From NCBI GenBank assembly GCA_902619825.1, contig CACNFT010000001.1, forward strand, positions 265,534 to 329,533: a DNA stretch of 64,000 nt, written 5' to 3'. The first letter of the stretch is position 1. Every line of letters begins with the position of its first letter. Shown one piece after another: positions 19,422-28,686 of the stretch. This DNA comes from an uncultured Candidatus Actinomarina sp. (GTDB taxonomy: Bacteria; Actinomycetota; Acidimicrobiia; Actinomarinales; Actinomarinaceae). The position numbers and the translations under genes were made by a program. The notes under the pieces were generated by a model. It was given only the letters and a program-made list of their open reading frames with translations. It was not told the DNA's origin and searched no databases.

Positions 19422-20457
19422 CTAATAAAAGTTCCTCTTTTTTTCCAAGTATCCCGCTTGGTCTAAATATCATAAATAACATTATTAGTAAACCAACAAT
19501 AACAAACCTGACACCAGCTAATTGTTGTCCGTCAGGAGATTCAAATAATAGCCTTGAAATGCTGTCTGTTCCTGCAATAATTACCCAAAATATAATAGCA
19601 CCTAATGCTGGACCACCTAAGCTTCCTACTCCTCCTAAAATTAGAGCTGCCCAAATATAAAATGTGAGAACTGGAACAAATGTTGATGCTTGAACAGTTC
19701 CATAATTGAAAACTAAAAATATGCCTGAAAGTCCACCTATTGCAGCCCCAAGCATAAAACTTTGCAGTTTTAACCAAACTGCATTTTTTCCGAGAGCGCG
19801 GACAGCATCTTCATCTTCTCTAACTGCTCTTAAAGCTCTACCCCAAGGTGATTTTTGAAGTCTCGATAAAATTATTATGACTAATACTATTGATATCCAG
19901 GTTAATATTGCAACCCAAAGTTGTGCAGACGAAACATCATACTTTGTACTAATTACATCAACAAAATTTGGTCTATAAACCTGAAGGGAATCTGAAAATT
20001 GTATTATTCCATAAACCCCTCCCGTTAAGTTTTCAAAATCTCGGACTAATAATCTAAAGATCTCTGCTGCTGCAATAGTAACTATTGCAAGATAATCTCC
20101 TCTTAACCTTAAAGTTGGCAAACCAAGAAGCAACCCTAATAGAGCCGAAGCAATCAATCCAAAAATTATTGCTATTGGTAATGGTAGGCCTGTACTTATT
20201 ATTACACCCTCTCTTCCAAGAGAGTGAGGAATTAATAAAACCGTTGTGTATGCTCCTATTCCCATAAATGCTGCATGTCCAAAATTTAGCAAACCAGTCC
20301 ATCCAAAATGAACGTTGATTCCAATTGCAGCTAATCCGTAAACTCCAGCGAATGTAATTAAATTTACAAATACTCTTGCACTTCCAGTGTCGTTGGATAA
20401 AAATATATAAGCTATACAGCCCAATAAAAGTAGGGAAGCTGTGATGTACTTGTTCAT
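19411..20457 (-). CDS. livM: Branched-chain amino acid ABC transporter permease
   Basis: GLLNFGHAAFMGIGAY, LRLRGDYLAIVT, SPWGRALRAVREDE. Confidence 0.9.
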   Translation of the reverse strand: MNKYITASLLLLGCIAYIFLSNDTGSARVFVNLITFAGVYGLAAIGINVHFGWTGLLNFGHAAFMGIGAYTTVLLIPHSLGREGVIISTGLPLPIAIIFGLIASALLGLLLGLPTLRLRGDYLAIVTIAAAEIFRLLVRDFENLTGGVYGIIQFSDSLQVYRPNFVDVISTKYDVSSAQLWVAILTWISIVLVIIILSRLQKSPWGRALRAVREDEDAVRALGKNAVWLKLQSFMLGAAIGGLSGIFLVFNYGTVQASTFVPVLTFYIWAALILGGVGSLGGPALGAIIFWVIIAGTDSISRLLFESPDGQQLAGVRFVIVGLLIMLFMIFRPSGILGKKEELLLDVK

Positions 20458-21371
20458 GAAATCCTATCCTTTGTGCCAAAAATACCCTGAGGCCTGATAA
20501 GCAATATAAGTATCATTAAACCTAAAGCTAGTGCATTTTTTGCTTCAGTATGGCCATCCATAAACTCTAAACCAACACTTAGTTGAACGAGTACTCCTAT
20601 TACAAAACCTCCAAACATTGCTCCAAAGGATGTTCCAATACCACCAAGTACAGTGCCAGCAAAAATTAAGAGAAGGATTAAAAATCCCATATTCCACCTA
20701 ACATTATTTATCACTCCTTGAATAATTCCAGTGAAACCTGCGAGCATGCTTGAGAAAATCCATGTCACTAAAATAATGTAATCAGAATTGATTCCAGTAA
20801 CACTAGCTAAATCTGAAGAGTCACGAACCGCTCTCATTGCCTTACCTGTTTTTGTATAAGTCAAAAACAGACCAACTAATATCATGACAATAAATCCAAG
20901 AACTAACACCTGAACATTTCTGGGTGTAAGTTGAATTCCAAAATAATCTTCTCTTCTTTGAAGTTCTAGTATGAAAGATGATGGTTTAGCGGATGCAAAA
21001 AGAAGATATATATGTCTCAAGAAAATTGAAAGACCAATAGTAACCACAAGAACAGCAATATTACCAAAATTATTTTTTCTCAACGGACGAAATAAAAATA
21101 TTTCTAATGAAGCTCCAAAAATTCCACATAAAATAATACTGATAACTATAGAGCCAAAAAAATTTATCCCTATAGGAGAATACCTATCGAAAAATAAGAG
21201 GCTTGAATCAGGAGATGATGAGAAAAATAAAGTCATAACCGCACCAAGCGCAATTATTTCTCCATGTGCGAAGTTTACAATACGAGTAACGCCATAAAGA
21301 AGGGAGAGAGCTACTGACCCTAATGCAATTATTACACCTAAAAGTAAGCCATTTCCTAATTGTTCAATCAT
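20454..21371 (-). CDS. livH: Branched-chain amino acid ABC transporter permease
   Basis: NFAHGE, TKTGKAMRAV, VLGGIG, RPQGIFG. Confidence 0.9.
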   Translation of the reverse strand: MIEQLGNGLLLGVIIALGSVALSLLYGVTRIVNFAHGEIIALGAVMTLFFSSSPDSSLLFFDRYSPIGINFFGSIVISIILCGIFGASLEIFLFRPLRKNNFGNIAVLVVTIGLSIFLRHIYLLFASAKPSSFILELQRREDYFGIQLTPRNVQVLVLGFIVMILVGLFLTYTKTGKAMRAVRDSSDLASVTGINSDYIILVTWIFSSMLAGFTGIIQGVINNVRWNMGFLILLLIFAGTVLGGIGTSFGAMFGGFVIGVLVQLSVGLEFMDGHTEAKNALALGLMILILLIRPQGIFGTKDRIS

Positions 21372-21377
21372 GAAGTT

Positions 21378-22223
21378 TTACCCATTTCTAAATATTACTT
21401 GTGAACCATCAATAATTTCAATTATTACAGTATAGGTTTTATCAGGATAATTTAATTTCCCAACACTAGCATCGAGCCACTGATTAGGTACAGTTGCCTG
21501 ACCTTTTACAAGTATTGATAAGTCTTTTGATACCGTTACTTCATAGTTTCCACTCAATAAAAGTTTCTCGATCTCAAGATTGGAACCTAAATATATTTCA
21601 CCAGTACCAGAAAGTTTTGAAGGTTGTAACTTTATGTCATTTAAATTAATGAATGAATCAAGTGAAAAAATATCTAGTTCCCAAACGTTTTGATTACCTA
21701 AACTTATATTCCACCCTTTTACTTTTAATAATCTACTGGTTTCTATCTCTCTAAATATTATGGCTCTGGGTTCTCCAAGAACGGTCTCTATTGCTTCTGG
21801 ATAACCAACATTTCCTGGTTCATCAATTATTTCAGCTGTGTAGCCCCTGCCCTGAAAACCGTTAAGATTTACTTTTCCATCAAGATCAATTAATAATGAG
21901 TAGTTTAAATCAGAACTTAATTCGTTATTTAGAAAAAATGAATCATACTTATAAGTAGTTAAAAATTTCGAATCAAATAAATGTCCAAATGAAAAAATCA
22001 AAATAACAACTATCAAAAAAATATTCACTATATTTCTTAACAATTCATAAAAAGAAGCCCTTTTAAAAATTATTACCAACAGAATCGGCAATATCGTAAT
22101 AGGCCAATAATCAATATAGTCATAAATTATTGAGGGACGAAGATAGCCTAAAAAATAGAATGTGATTTGTGCAAGTAACAAAAAATACAGAGTGAACCTG
22201 ATTGTATGTTGATAATAATTCAA
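21378..22223 (-). CDS. Hypothetical membrane protein (3 N-terminal TM with a YWP motif, LiaF/LiaI-like; beta-rich soluble C-terminus)
   Basis: Long ORF co-oriented between tRNA-Thr and livH; DYWPITIL motif. Family assignment is tentative. Confidence 0.65.
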   Translation of the reverse strand: MNYYQHTIRFTLYFLLLAQITFYFLGYLRPSIIYDYIDYWPITILPILLVIIFKRASFYELLRNIVNIFLIVVILIFSFGHLFDSKFLTTYKYDSFFLNNELSSDLNYSLLIDLDGKVNLNGFQGRGYTAEIIDEPGNVGYPEAIETVLGEPRAIIFREIETSRLLKVKGWNISLGNQNVWELDIFSLDSFINLNDIKLQPSKLSGTGEIYLGSNLEIEKLLLSGNYEVTVSKDLSILVKGQATVPNQWLDASVGKLNYPDKTYTVIIEIIDGSQVIFRNG

Positions 22224-22227
22224 TTTG

Positions 22228-22299
22228 AGCCGGAGAGGGGAGTTGAACCCCTGACCTGCCGCTTACAAGGCGGCTGCTCTACCACTGAGCTACTCCGGC
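22228..22299 (-). tRNA. tRNA-Thr(TGT)
   Basis: GCCGGAGTAGCTCAGTGGTAGAGCA-GCCGC-CTTGTAA-GCGGC-AGGTCAGGGGTTCAACTCCCCTCTCCGGCT folds as a cloverleaf; CCA not encoded. Confidence 0.96.
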
Positions 22300-22337
22300 G
22301 AATAGTTAAATATTAGCAAATATCAAAGTTGAACAAA

Positions 22338-23057
22338 TTATTTTTTTATAAATATGTGTTGCATTGCAATTCCAGCAGCAACTGAGACATTTAAAGATTC
22401 TATATCTTTTGACATTTGGATTCTTACAACATTATCAAGTTTGTTTTTGATTTCATCACTCAACCCTTTTTCCTCTGAGCCAATAAAAAAGGCCAAGTTC
22501 TGGCTTCCAAGATCTAAACTTTGTATATCGGTTACTCCATACATGTCCAAGCCTATTGTCCAAACATCCAAAGATTGAAATTTCTTTAGTAAACTAAAAA
22601 TTGATTTATATTCTAAAATATCTATTTTTTCTAATCCACCAGAAGAAATCTTAAAAGTTCTCTCACTTAATCGTGCTGATCTTCTTTCTGGGACACACAT
22701 CACATTAAAATCAAATGATGCAGCTGAGCGAGCAATAGCACCAAGATTATTTGTGTCTTGAATGTGGTCACATACTATAAAGTTTGTAGTGTTAAATTTT
22801 TTTAAATCTGACTCATTAAATATTTTTTTGGGTTTACACAATGCAGCTACATACTCCGTTGAAGTAAATTTCCACTCATTTTTGCTTTTGATGTTTGTGA
22901 CTTTTGCTTTTTTTTGTTGAGCAATTTTAATTAAGCCTTGAACTTTTTTTGAATCTATATTCTTTTCTAGAATTACTAGTTCTAAGACTCTGTTATTTTC
23001 TAGTGCAGAAATTACAGAATTATAACCTTCAACTATTTTTCCAATACCATCCGACAT
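22338..23057 (-). CDS. rlmB: 23S rRNA Gm2251 methyltransferase (TrmH/SpoU family)
   Basis: DHIQDTNNLGAIARSA, IGSEEKGL, ESLNVSVAAGI; downstream of cysS. Start uncertain (23057-23069). Confidence 0.85.
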   Translation of the reverse strand: MSDGIGKIVEGYNSVISALENNRVLELVILEKNIDSKKVQGLIKIAQQKKAKVTNIKSKNEWKFTSTEYVAALCKPKKIFNESDLKKFNTTNFIVCDHIQDTNNLGAIARSAASFDFNVMCVPERRSARLSERTFKISSGGLEKIDILEYKSIFSLLKKFQSLDVWTIGLDMYGVTDIQSLDLGSQNLAFFIGSEEKGLSDEIKNKLDNVVRIQMSKDIESLNVSVAAGIAMQHIFIKK

Positions 23058-24426
23058 TTTCACCATCATTCATGACTATTCCAATCTCTAATAAATCTTC
23101 CCTCATTTTGTCAGCTTCACCATATTTCTTGTTTAATCTAAAGTCTTCCCTTTTAAGTGAAAACTCACTCATTGCAGTTTCGATATCATTAAATTGAATA
23201 TCATATTTGGCAAAAAATTTAGATAATAATTTTTCTTCTACTATGTTTTGTTTTGAAGTATCTAGTTCAAATCCAAGAATTTCAAATATGAATTTCACTG
23301 TTTGTTTAATTTTTAATGTACTTTCTTTATCTAAATTACTTGTATCTTTTATTTTCTCAAAAATTTCGCCAAGAAGCTTTGGAGTATTCATATCATCATT
23401 CATACATTTAATGAAAACATCAACTGTGTCATTATCATTCGGTTCTGCAACAACATCTTTTGTAAATTCAGCTAAATTGTTCAAAGTTTTTTTTGTCTCT
23501 ATAAGCAACTGCTCGCTAAATTCTTGTGGACTTCTGTAATGGGCTCTCAAAAAAAAGAATCTAACAACATCTCCACCATATTCATCAATGTATTCATTAA
23601 GTAATTTCACATTTCCGTCTGATTTTGACATTTTTTTTCCCGAAAGGTTCAACATTCCATTGTGTAGCCAATAGTTTGCAAAATTCTCGTTAATATCAAC
23701 ACCTTTAGATTGAGCAATCTCATTTTCATGATGTGGAAAAATTAGATCGATTCCTCCACAATGAAAGTCGATTGTTTTACCTAATGTTTCACTGATCATT
23801 GTTGAACATTCTATATGCCATCCTGGTCGACCATTTCCCCAAGGAGAATCCCAAAATGGTTCATTTTCTTTAGAGAACTTCCATAAAGCAAAGTCTTCCG
23901 CTCTTTTTTTATCATCTTCTGTTTCAACCCTTGTACCAGTCCTTACATCCTCAATGCTTCTCCCCGATAACTCAAGATATTCCTCAAATTTTGAAACATC
24001 ATAATAAACCCCGGAACTTGTAACATAACCAAACCCATTTTGAACTAGCTGTTCAATATATTTGATAATTTCAGGAATATAAGCTGTGGCCCTTGGTTCA
24101 ATATCAGGAACCAAGCAATTGAGGTTTTCATGGGCTAAAACAAACTCTTTCCAAACATTATCTCCAAGTTCACGATAACTTATATTTTTTTCCTGTGATT
24201 TTTCGATTATTTTATCATCTATATCTGTGATATTTCTTGCAAATAATACTGAATAATTTAAATACTTAAGGTATCTTATAAAAAAATCAAATACTACAGC
24301 TGATCTTCCATGTCCTAGATGAGGAGATGATTGGACAGTTGGTCCACAAAGATAGATCTTTACATCATCTTGATCTATCTTTATTTCTTCCTGTTTTTTA
24401 GTAAGTGAATTATATAATTTAAGCAT
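23029..24426 (-). CDS. cysS: Cysteine--tRNA ligase
   Basis: YLCGPTV, HLGH, GRPGWHIECS, FPHHENE, KMSKS. Confidence 0.97.
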   Translation of the reverse strand: MLKLYNSLTKKQEEIKIDQDDVKIYLCGPTVQSSPHLGHGRSAVVFDFFIRYLKYLNYSVLFARNITDIDDKIIEKSQEKNISYRELGDNVWKEFVLAHENLNCLVPDIEPRATAYIPEIIKYIEQLVQNGFGYVTSSGVYYDVSKFEEYLELSGRSIEDVRTGTRVETEDDKKRAEDFALWKFSKENEPFWDSPWGNGRPGWHIECSTMISETLGKTIDFHCGGIDLIFPHHENEIAQSKGVDINENFANYWLHNGMLNLSGKKMSKSDGNVKLLNEYIDEYGGDVVRFFFLRAHYRSPQEFSEQLLIETKKTLNNLAEFTKDVVAEPNDNDTVDVFIKCMNDDMNTPKLLGEIFEKIKDTSNLDKESTLKIKQTVKFIFEILGFELDTSKQNIVEEKLLSKFFAKYDIQFNDIETAMSEFSLKREDFRLNKKYGEADKMREDLLEIGIVMNDGENVGWYWKNS

Positions 24427-24889
24427 TATCTAATAACAAGCTTACTATCGCTAATGAAGCTTTTTGGTCTCCAATTATTCCATAATCATCTGTGGATTTT
24501 CCTTTAATATTTATTTTTTCTACAGGAACCGTAAGTAATTTTGACAAATTATTTTGAATCTTCAATGCTTTATCTTGAACATTAAATTTTTGAGTGATAA
24601 TTGTTATGTCCACATTTGATAATATGAATTTCTCATATTCAACAACATTTAAAATCTTTGACAAAATATCTGTACTTGGAATATCTTTTGGGGTAGATTC
24701 ATTAGATGGAAAATAATGACCCAAGTCTTTTTTTCCAGTTGCTCCTAATAATGCATCACAAAGCGCGTGTAGAAGAATATCTCCATCAGAATGTCCTTCA
24801 AATCCCTGTTCGTCAAAATTGACACCACCAAGTTTTAAAGTCTTGTTTTCTGAATGTTGGTGTAAATCCCAACCATGACCAATTAACAT
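24419..24889 (-). CDS. ispF: 2-C-methyl-D-erythritol 2,4-cyclodiphosphate synthase
   Basis: GWDLH, HSDGDILLHALCDALLGA, DLGHYFP; cysS-linked. Confidence 0.9.
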   Translation of the reverse strand: MLIGHGWDLHQHSENKTLKLGGVNFDEQGFEGHSDGDILLHALCDALLGATGKKDLGHYFPSNESTPKDIPSTDILSKILNVVEYEKFILSNVDITIITQKFNVQDKALKIQNNLSKLLTVPVEKINIKGKSTDDYGIIGDQKASLAIVSLLLDNA

Positions 24890-24912
24890 TTTCTAAAAGT
24901 ATTTTAAATAGA

Positions 24913-25467
24913 TTATAACCCGTCGTCTGGCTCTTCCTCTGGAAGATATTGATTAATTTTCTCTACAGCAGCTTCTTCATCTATTTCTAATGCGCATGCT
25001 ATTTCACTTGCTAGGGTCATTCTTGCTTTTGCAAGCATTCTTTTAAGTGCAGGTGATATTCCTTTATTTATTTGTGCATGTGAAAGATCCCTTACGACTT
25101 CAGCAACCTGTATAACATCACCAGATGTCATTTTTTCAGTTAAAACTTTATACCATCTACTCCAGTTTGTACCAGCCTCTTCAGGTTTTTCTTTAAATAT
25201 TGGAAAAACTTTTCTAGAGACTGCACTTTTGGATATTACTGGTCTTATTACTTCATCTACAGCTTCAACAGGAACCATAACTGTTAAGCCATCCATTAAG
25301 ACCTCAATTTCAAAATATTGAATTCTTTTTGATTTTGGCTCACCCTCAACAAAAATCTCAACATTTTTATTAACTTTACGAATTACTTTTGCTGCACCAT
25401 GATGTGGGTGGACCACAAATGTATTTGGTCGATATTTTTCCTTAGGTTTTTTAGCTTTTGTTGCCAT
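24913..25467 (-). CDS. carD: CarD RNA polymerase-binding transcription factor
   Basis: VVHPHHGA, LTVMVPV, NWSRWYK (wedge Trp), SGD...AEVVRDL. Confidence 0.93.
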   Translation of the reverse strand: MATKAKKPKEKYRPNTFVVHPHHGAAKVIRKVNKNVEIFVEGEPKSKRIQYFEIEVLMDGLTVMVPVEAVDEVIRPVISKSAVSRKVFPIFKEKPEEAGTNWSRWYKVLTEKMTSGDVIQVAEVVRDLSHAQINKGISPALKRMLAKARMTLASEIACALEIDEEAAVEKINQYLPEEEPDDGL

Positions 25468-25499
25468 AGATTAAAACAATAGTATAGATTGAAAACTAT

Positions 25500-26540
25500 T
25501 TAGTTACCATTTATGTAACTAAATCCTATGTTTTTTAGAAGCGTATCAAAATATTCTCTTAGTTGTTGTGCTCTATTCCTACCAATCCCGTCGACTTCAA
25601 ATAGCTTATCGGTAGATGCCAATAATAAATTAGGTAATGATTTAAATTTTGACACTAAAGAGTCATGTAAATTATCTGGGAGGCCTGGAAATCTTGCAAG
25701 AACCCTGTATCCTTTTGGAGTCGATACTTGATCTAAGGGTTGCATATACAATAGATTTCCTAAAGTTTGTATTGAATTTAGTTCTTCGTAAGTTAAGTTA
25801 GAGATTTCATCAGCAGCTTTACTAATATTTCTAAATTTTCTAGTAGGTAAATGATCTTTTAATACCAGGTCTAATGTTTGTCTAACACCTGACTCTAATG
25901 AATCTATCTGAATCATAACTAAGCCTGAGTCCTCACCCAAGTTTTCAGCTTCATTTCTTACTTGTTCAGATAATCTACCTAGTAATTCCCCCCTTTGAAC
26001 AACTTCCAAAACCTGCTGATTTGTTATAGAATTTTCAATTTCTAATTCACCTAGCTCAAATACAGCATCATCAAACCTTCTTCTAGTTCTATCAATAGAT
26101 TGAAGAGACTCATTAACTCTTCCAAGAATCATTGACGACTCTTCTAATTCATTGACTTCATCTTTTGAAAATACTTTTATTATTCCTGATTCGTCAGAAA
26201 CAGCAATTACATCTAGCTCTGTTTCAACTGATACTCTATGTGCTGTTCTGTGCCTGGTCCCAGTTTGAGAAGTTTCTATTCTATCTGATGGATTCAAATG
26301 AACATTTGCTTTTAAAATCTGATTTACATTTTTATCAACTACAATTGCTCCATCCATTTTTGCAAGTTCGCCTAACATTTCTGATGTAAAGTCACAATTA
26401 GTTAGATTGATACCTCCTGAAGAAATTCTTTCTAATTTTGCTGAATTACCAACAACAATCAATGCTCCAGTTTTTTTATCAGCAATTAAGTCCACACCCT
26501 CTCTTAGTGGTTGTCCCGGTATCAATTGATTATTTTTCAT
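25500..26540 (-). CDS. disA: DNA integrity scanning diadenylate cyclase DisA
   Basis: DAC motifs KMDGA and TGTRHRTA; C-terminal HhH (VDGIG..RA). Confidence 0.93.
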   Translation of the reverse strand: MKNNQLIPGQPLREGVDLIADKKTGALIVVGNSAKLERISSGGINLTNCDFTSEMLGELAKMDGAIVVDKNVNQILKANVHLNPSDRIETSQTGTRHRTAHRVSVETELDVIAVSDESGIIKVFSKDEVNELEESSMILGRVNESLQSIDRTRRRFDDAVFELGELEIENSITNQQVLEVVQRGELLGRLSEQVRNEAENLGEDSGLVMIQIDSLESGVRQTLDLVLKDHLPTRKFRNISKAADEISNLTYEELNSIQTLGNLLYMQPLDQVSTPKGYRVLARFPGLPDNLHDSLVSKFKSLPNLLLASTDKLFEVDGIGRNRAQQLREYFDTLLKNIGFSYINGN

Positions 26541-26620
26541 ATTTGCTCGTTTTATTATTTGAGTATTTTATTTATTCGAATGTTACTGTATTATTTTATT
26601 ATTAATCAACAGGAAAAATA

Positions 26621-27442
26621 TTGGAAAAAATTACTTGTAAAGGCTGTCAAGCAACAGTTGATAACACTCTAGAATTTTGTTCTAGTTGTGGTGAGTGGCT
26701 TGGATTAAAATTGGAAGAGCCTGTTGATGAAGTAAAAGTTGAAGATTCATCAGAAACAAAAAAACAGAGAATTGAAAGGCTCATGGAGCTTCCGGTAAAA
26801 CCATTGAGTAATTACGGAGCAACTAGTCTTCCAAACAGAAAAGAAGTTCCTGGAATAAGAGCAGTATTCTTTTTAGCATTATTAGTTCCTCTCATTGCAG
26901 GTGCAAGCTTTTTTTACAACAGCAGAGTAGCAGACGAAGTTATTCAAGAAATAGCTGTTATTGAACAAACAACAATTACTTCAACTAGCACTACCGTTCA
27001 AGGTAATTTGAAACCCCAAGTGCCAATTTCCTGTAAAGCTTCAAGCGCTTTTCCAGGTGATGATTTTTCATGCGAAAATCTATACGATGATTCTAATTCA
27101 ATGTGGCAGGATAATAGTCTAAGTTGTAAAGACGCAACACTTGAGTTCACATTTGATGACGCAATCTATTTTGAATTTATAGTTATACAAAATGCAGAGA
27201 AAAGTTCATCATTTATCAGAAATTTTAAAGCAAGAGATATAAGAATTACAACAGACCAAAGTGATTATGAAGTTGAAAAAGAACTTGAAAATGATAATTT
27301 TCAGCAGTGGATTGACCTAAATACTACTGCTAACACAATAAAAATTGAGGTTCTAAGTGCTTATCCTGGTGAGGAATTAAATGGGCAAAATCCATTTACA
27401 GAATGTGCAATGCAAGAAATTAAATTCTTTGGAAAAAGTTAA
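26621..27442 (+). CDS. Zinc-ribbon, single-TM protein with an extracellular discoidin/F5-8-like beta domain
   Basis: CKGC...FCSSCG at the N-terminus, one TM, Thr-rich linker, ASS...ENLYD...W...LEFTF and final QEIKFFG. Confidence 0.7.
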   Translation: MEKITCKGCQATVDNTLEFCSSCGEWLGLKLEEPVDEVKVEDSSETKKQRIERLMELPVKPLSNYGATSLPNRKEVPGIRAVFFLALLVPLIAGASFFYNSRVADEVIQEIAVIEQTTITSTSTTVQGNLKPQVPISCKASSAFPGDDFSCENLYDDSNSMWQDNSLSCKDATLEFTFDDAIYFEFIVIQNAEKSSSFIRNFKARDIRITTDQSDYEVEKELENDNFQQWIDLNTTANTIKIEVLSAYPGEELNGQNPFTECAMQEIKFFGKS

Positions 27443-28686
27443 TTTAATTCACCTTTTTTATAAGGAACCCCAATTTTTTCAGGCAACTTAATTCTTTGAT
27501 TTGAAAAAGATAGAACAATTAGGGTAGTTATATGAGGTGTGAAGTAAACAAATTGGTTAGGGATACTTTCAGAATTCAGGAACCAAATCAAGAATCCTGA
27601 ACTGAGCACTAAAGAAATCAGGCTAGGTATATATTTTTTTTCAAAAAGTGTTTTTAAAGCTAATACAAATAAAAATATTGCAATTATTACTAATAATCCA
27701 TGAACTGCTTTTGGAGATCTAAGTTGTAAAGCATCAGCAAATCCAAAAAGTCCTGACCCCATCAAAATACCAAAAGGTTTATAGTTTCCAAACAACATAG
27801 ACGCTAATCCAATAAAACCTCTACCACCTGTCTGGCCTTCAAGATATATTCCTGTTCCAGCAATCACAAGATAAGCACCTGCTAAACCTGACAAAGCTCC
27901 AGATATCGTAACACCTATATATTTCATTAGATAAACGTTTACACCAAGTGATTCACTCCCGGTGGGATATTCACCAACACTTCTCATTTGAAGACCGATG
28001 GGTGTATTCCATAATACAAAAACCGACAAGGGAACTATTGCTAAGGCAAAAATCGTCAAATGAGATATGTTTGATAAAAAACCCAGAACAAGTCCTGCAA
28101 AATCTGAAACTAGAAAAATGTTTAGCTCTTCAATGTATCCAAAAAGGTTTGAAGTTTCTTCTCCATTAATTTGTCCTCCAGCAAGATACGGAACTGTCAA
28201 TTTGCCAATATCACCTGTGATTCTTGGAGATGCTGTAGAGCTTGCAAAAGCGATATCTTCAAATGCGATAACGTTTAGAAATCTTGCTACACCAGCAGCA
28301 AGAATATTTATCGCCACACCTGAAACAATATGATCAACTTGGAAAGAGACTGTTGCTATTGCATGTATTAATCCAAAGAGTGCTCCTCCAAGCATACCTA
28401 TGAAAACGCCTTGCCATGCACCAAAAGTAAAACCACCCCATGCTCCAAACCATGTGCCCATAATCATCATGCCTTCAAGTCCAATATTTACTACTCCTGT
28501 TTTTTCAGAATAAAGCCCACCAAGTCCTGCAAGCATAATTGGTATAGCTAATCGAATTGCTGCACCAAATGTTCCACTTGTAGTTAGCTGAGAATATTCC
28601 TCCATTTGAGCAACAATTAGTACAAGCAATATAGGTGTTATTACAATATATCTTCTAAATATTGACCGAAAAATATTTTGTGTCAT
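27439..28686 (-). CDS. Nucleoside/simple-sugar ABC transporter permease (NupQ-like)
   Basis: SEKTGVVNIGLEGMM, DHIVSGVAIN, GRGFIGLA. Confidence 0.88.
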   Translation of the reverse strand: MTQNIFRSIFRRYIVITPILLVLIVAQMEEYSQLTTSGTFGAAIRLAIPIMLAGLGGLYSEKTGVVNIGLEGMMIMGTWFGAWGGFTFGAWQGVFIGMLGGALFGLIHAIATVSFQVDHIVSGVAINILAAGVARFLNVIAFEDIAFASSTASPRITGDIGKLTVPYLAGGQINGEETSNLFGYIEELNIFLVSDFAGLVLGFLSNISHLTIFALAIVPLSVFVLWNTPIGLQMRSVGEYPTGSESLGVNVYLMKYIGVTISGALSGLAGAYLVIAGTGIYLEGQTGGRGFIGLASMLFGNYKPFGILMGSGLFGFADALQLRSPKAVHGLLVIIAIFLFVLALKTLFEKKYIPSLISLVLSSGFLIWFLNSESIPNQFVYFTPHITTLIVLSFSNQRIKLPEKIGVPYKKGELN

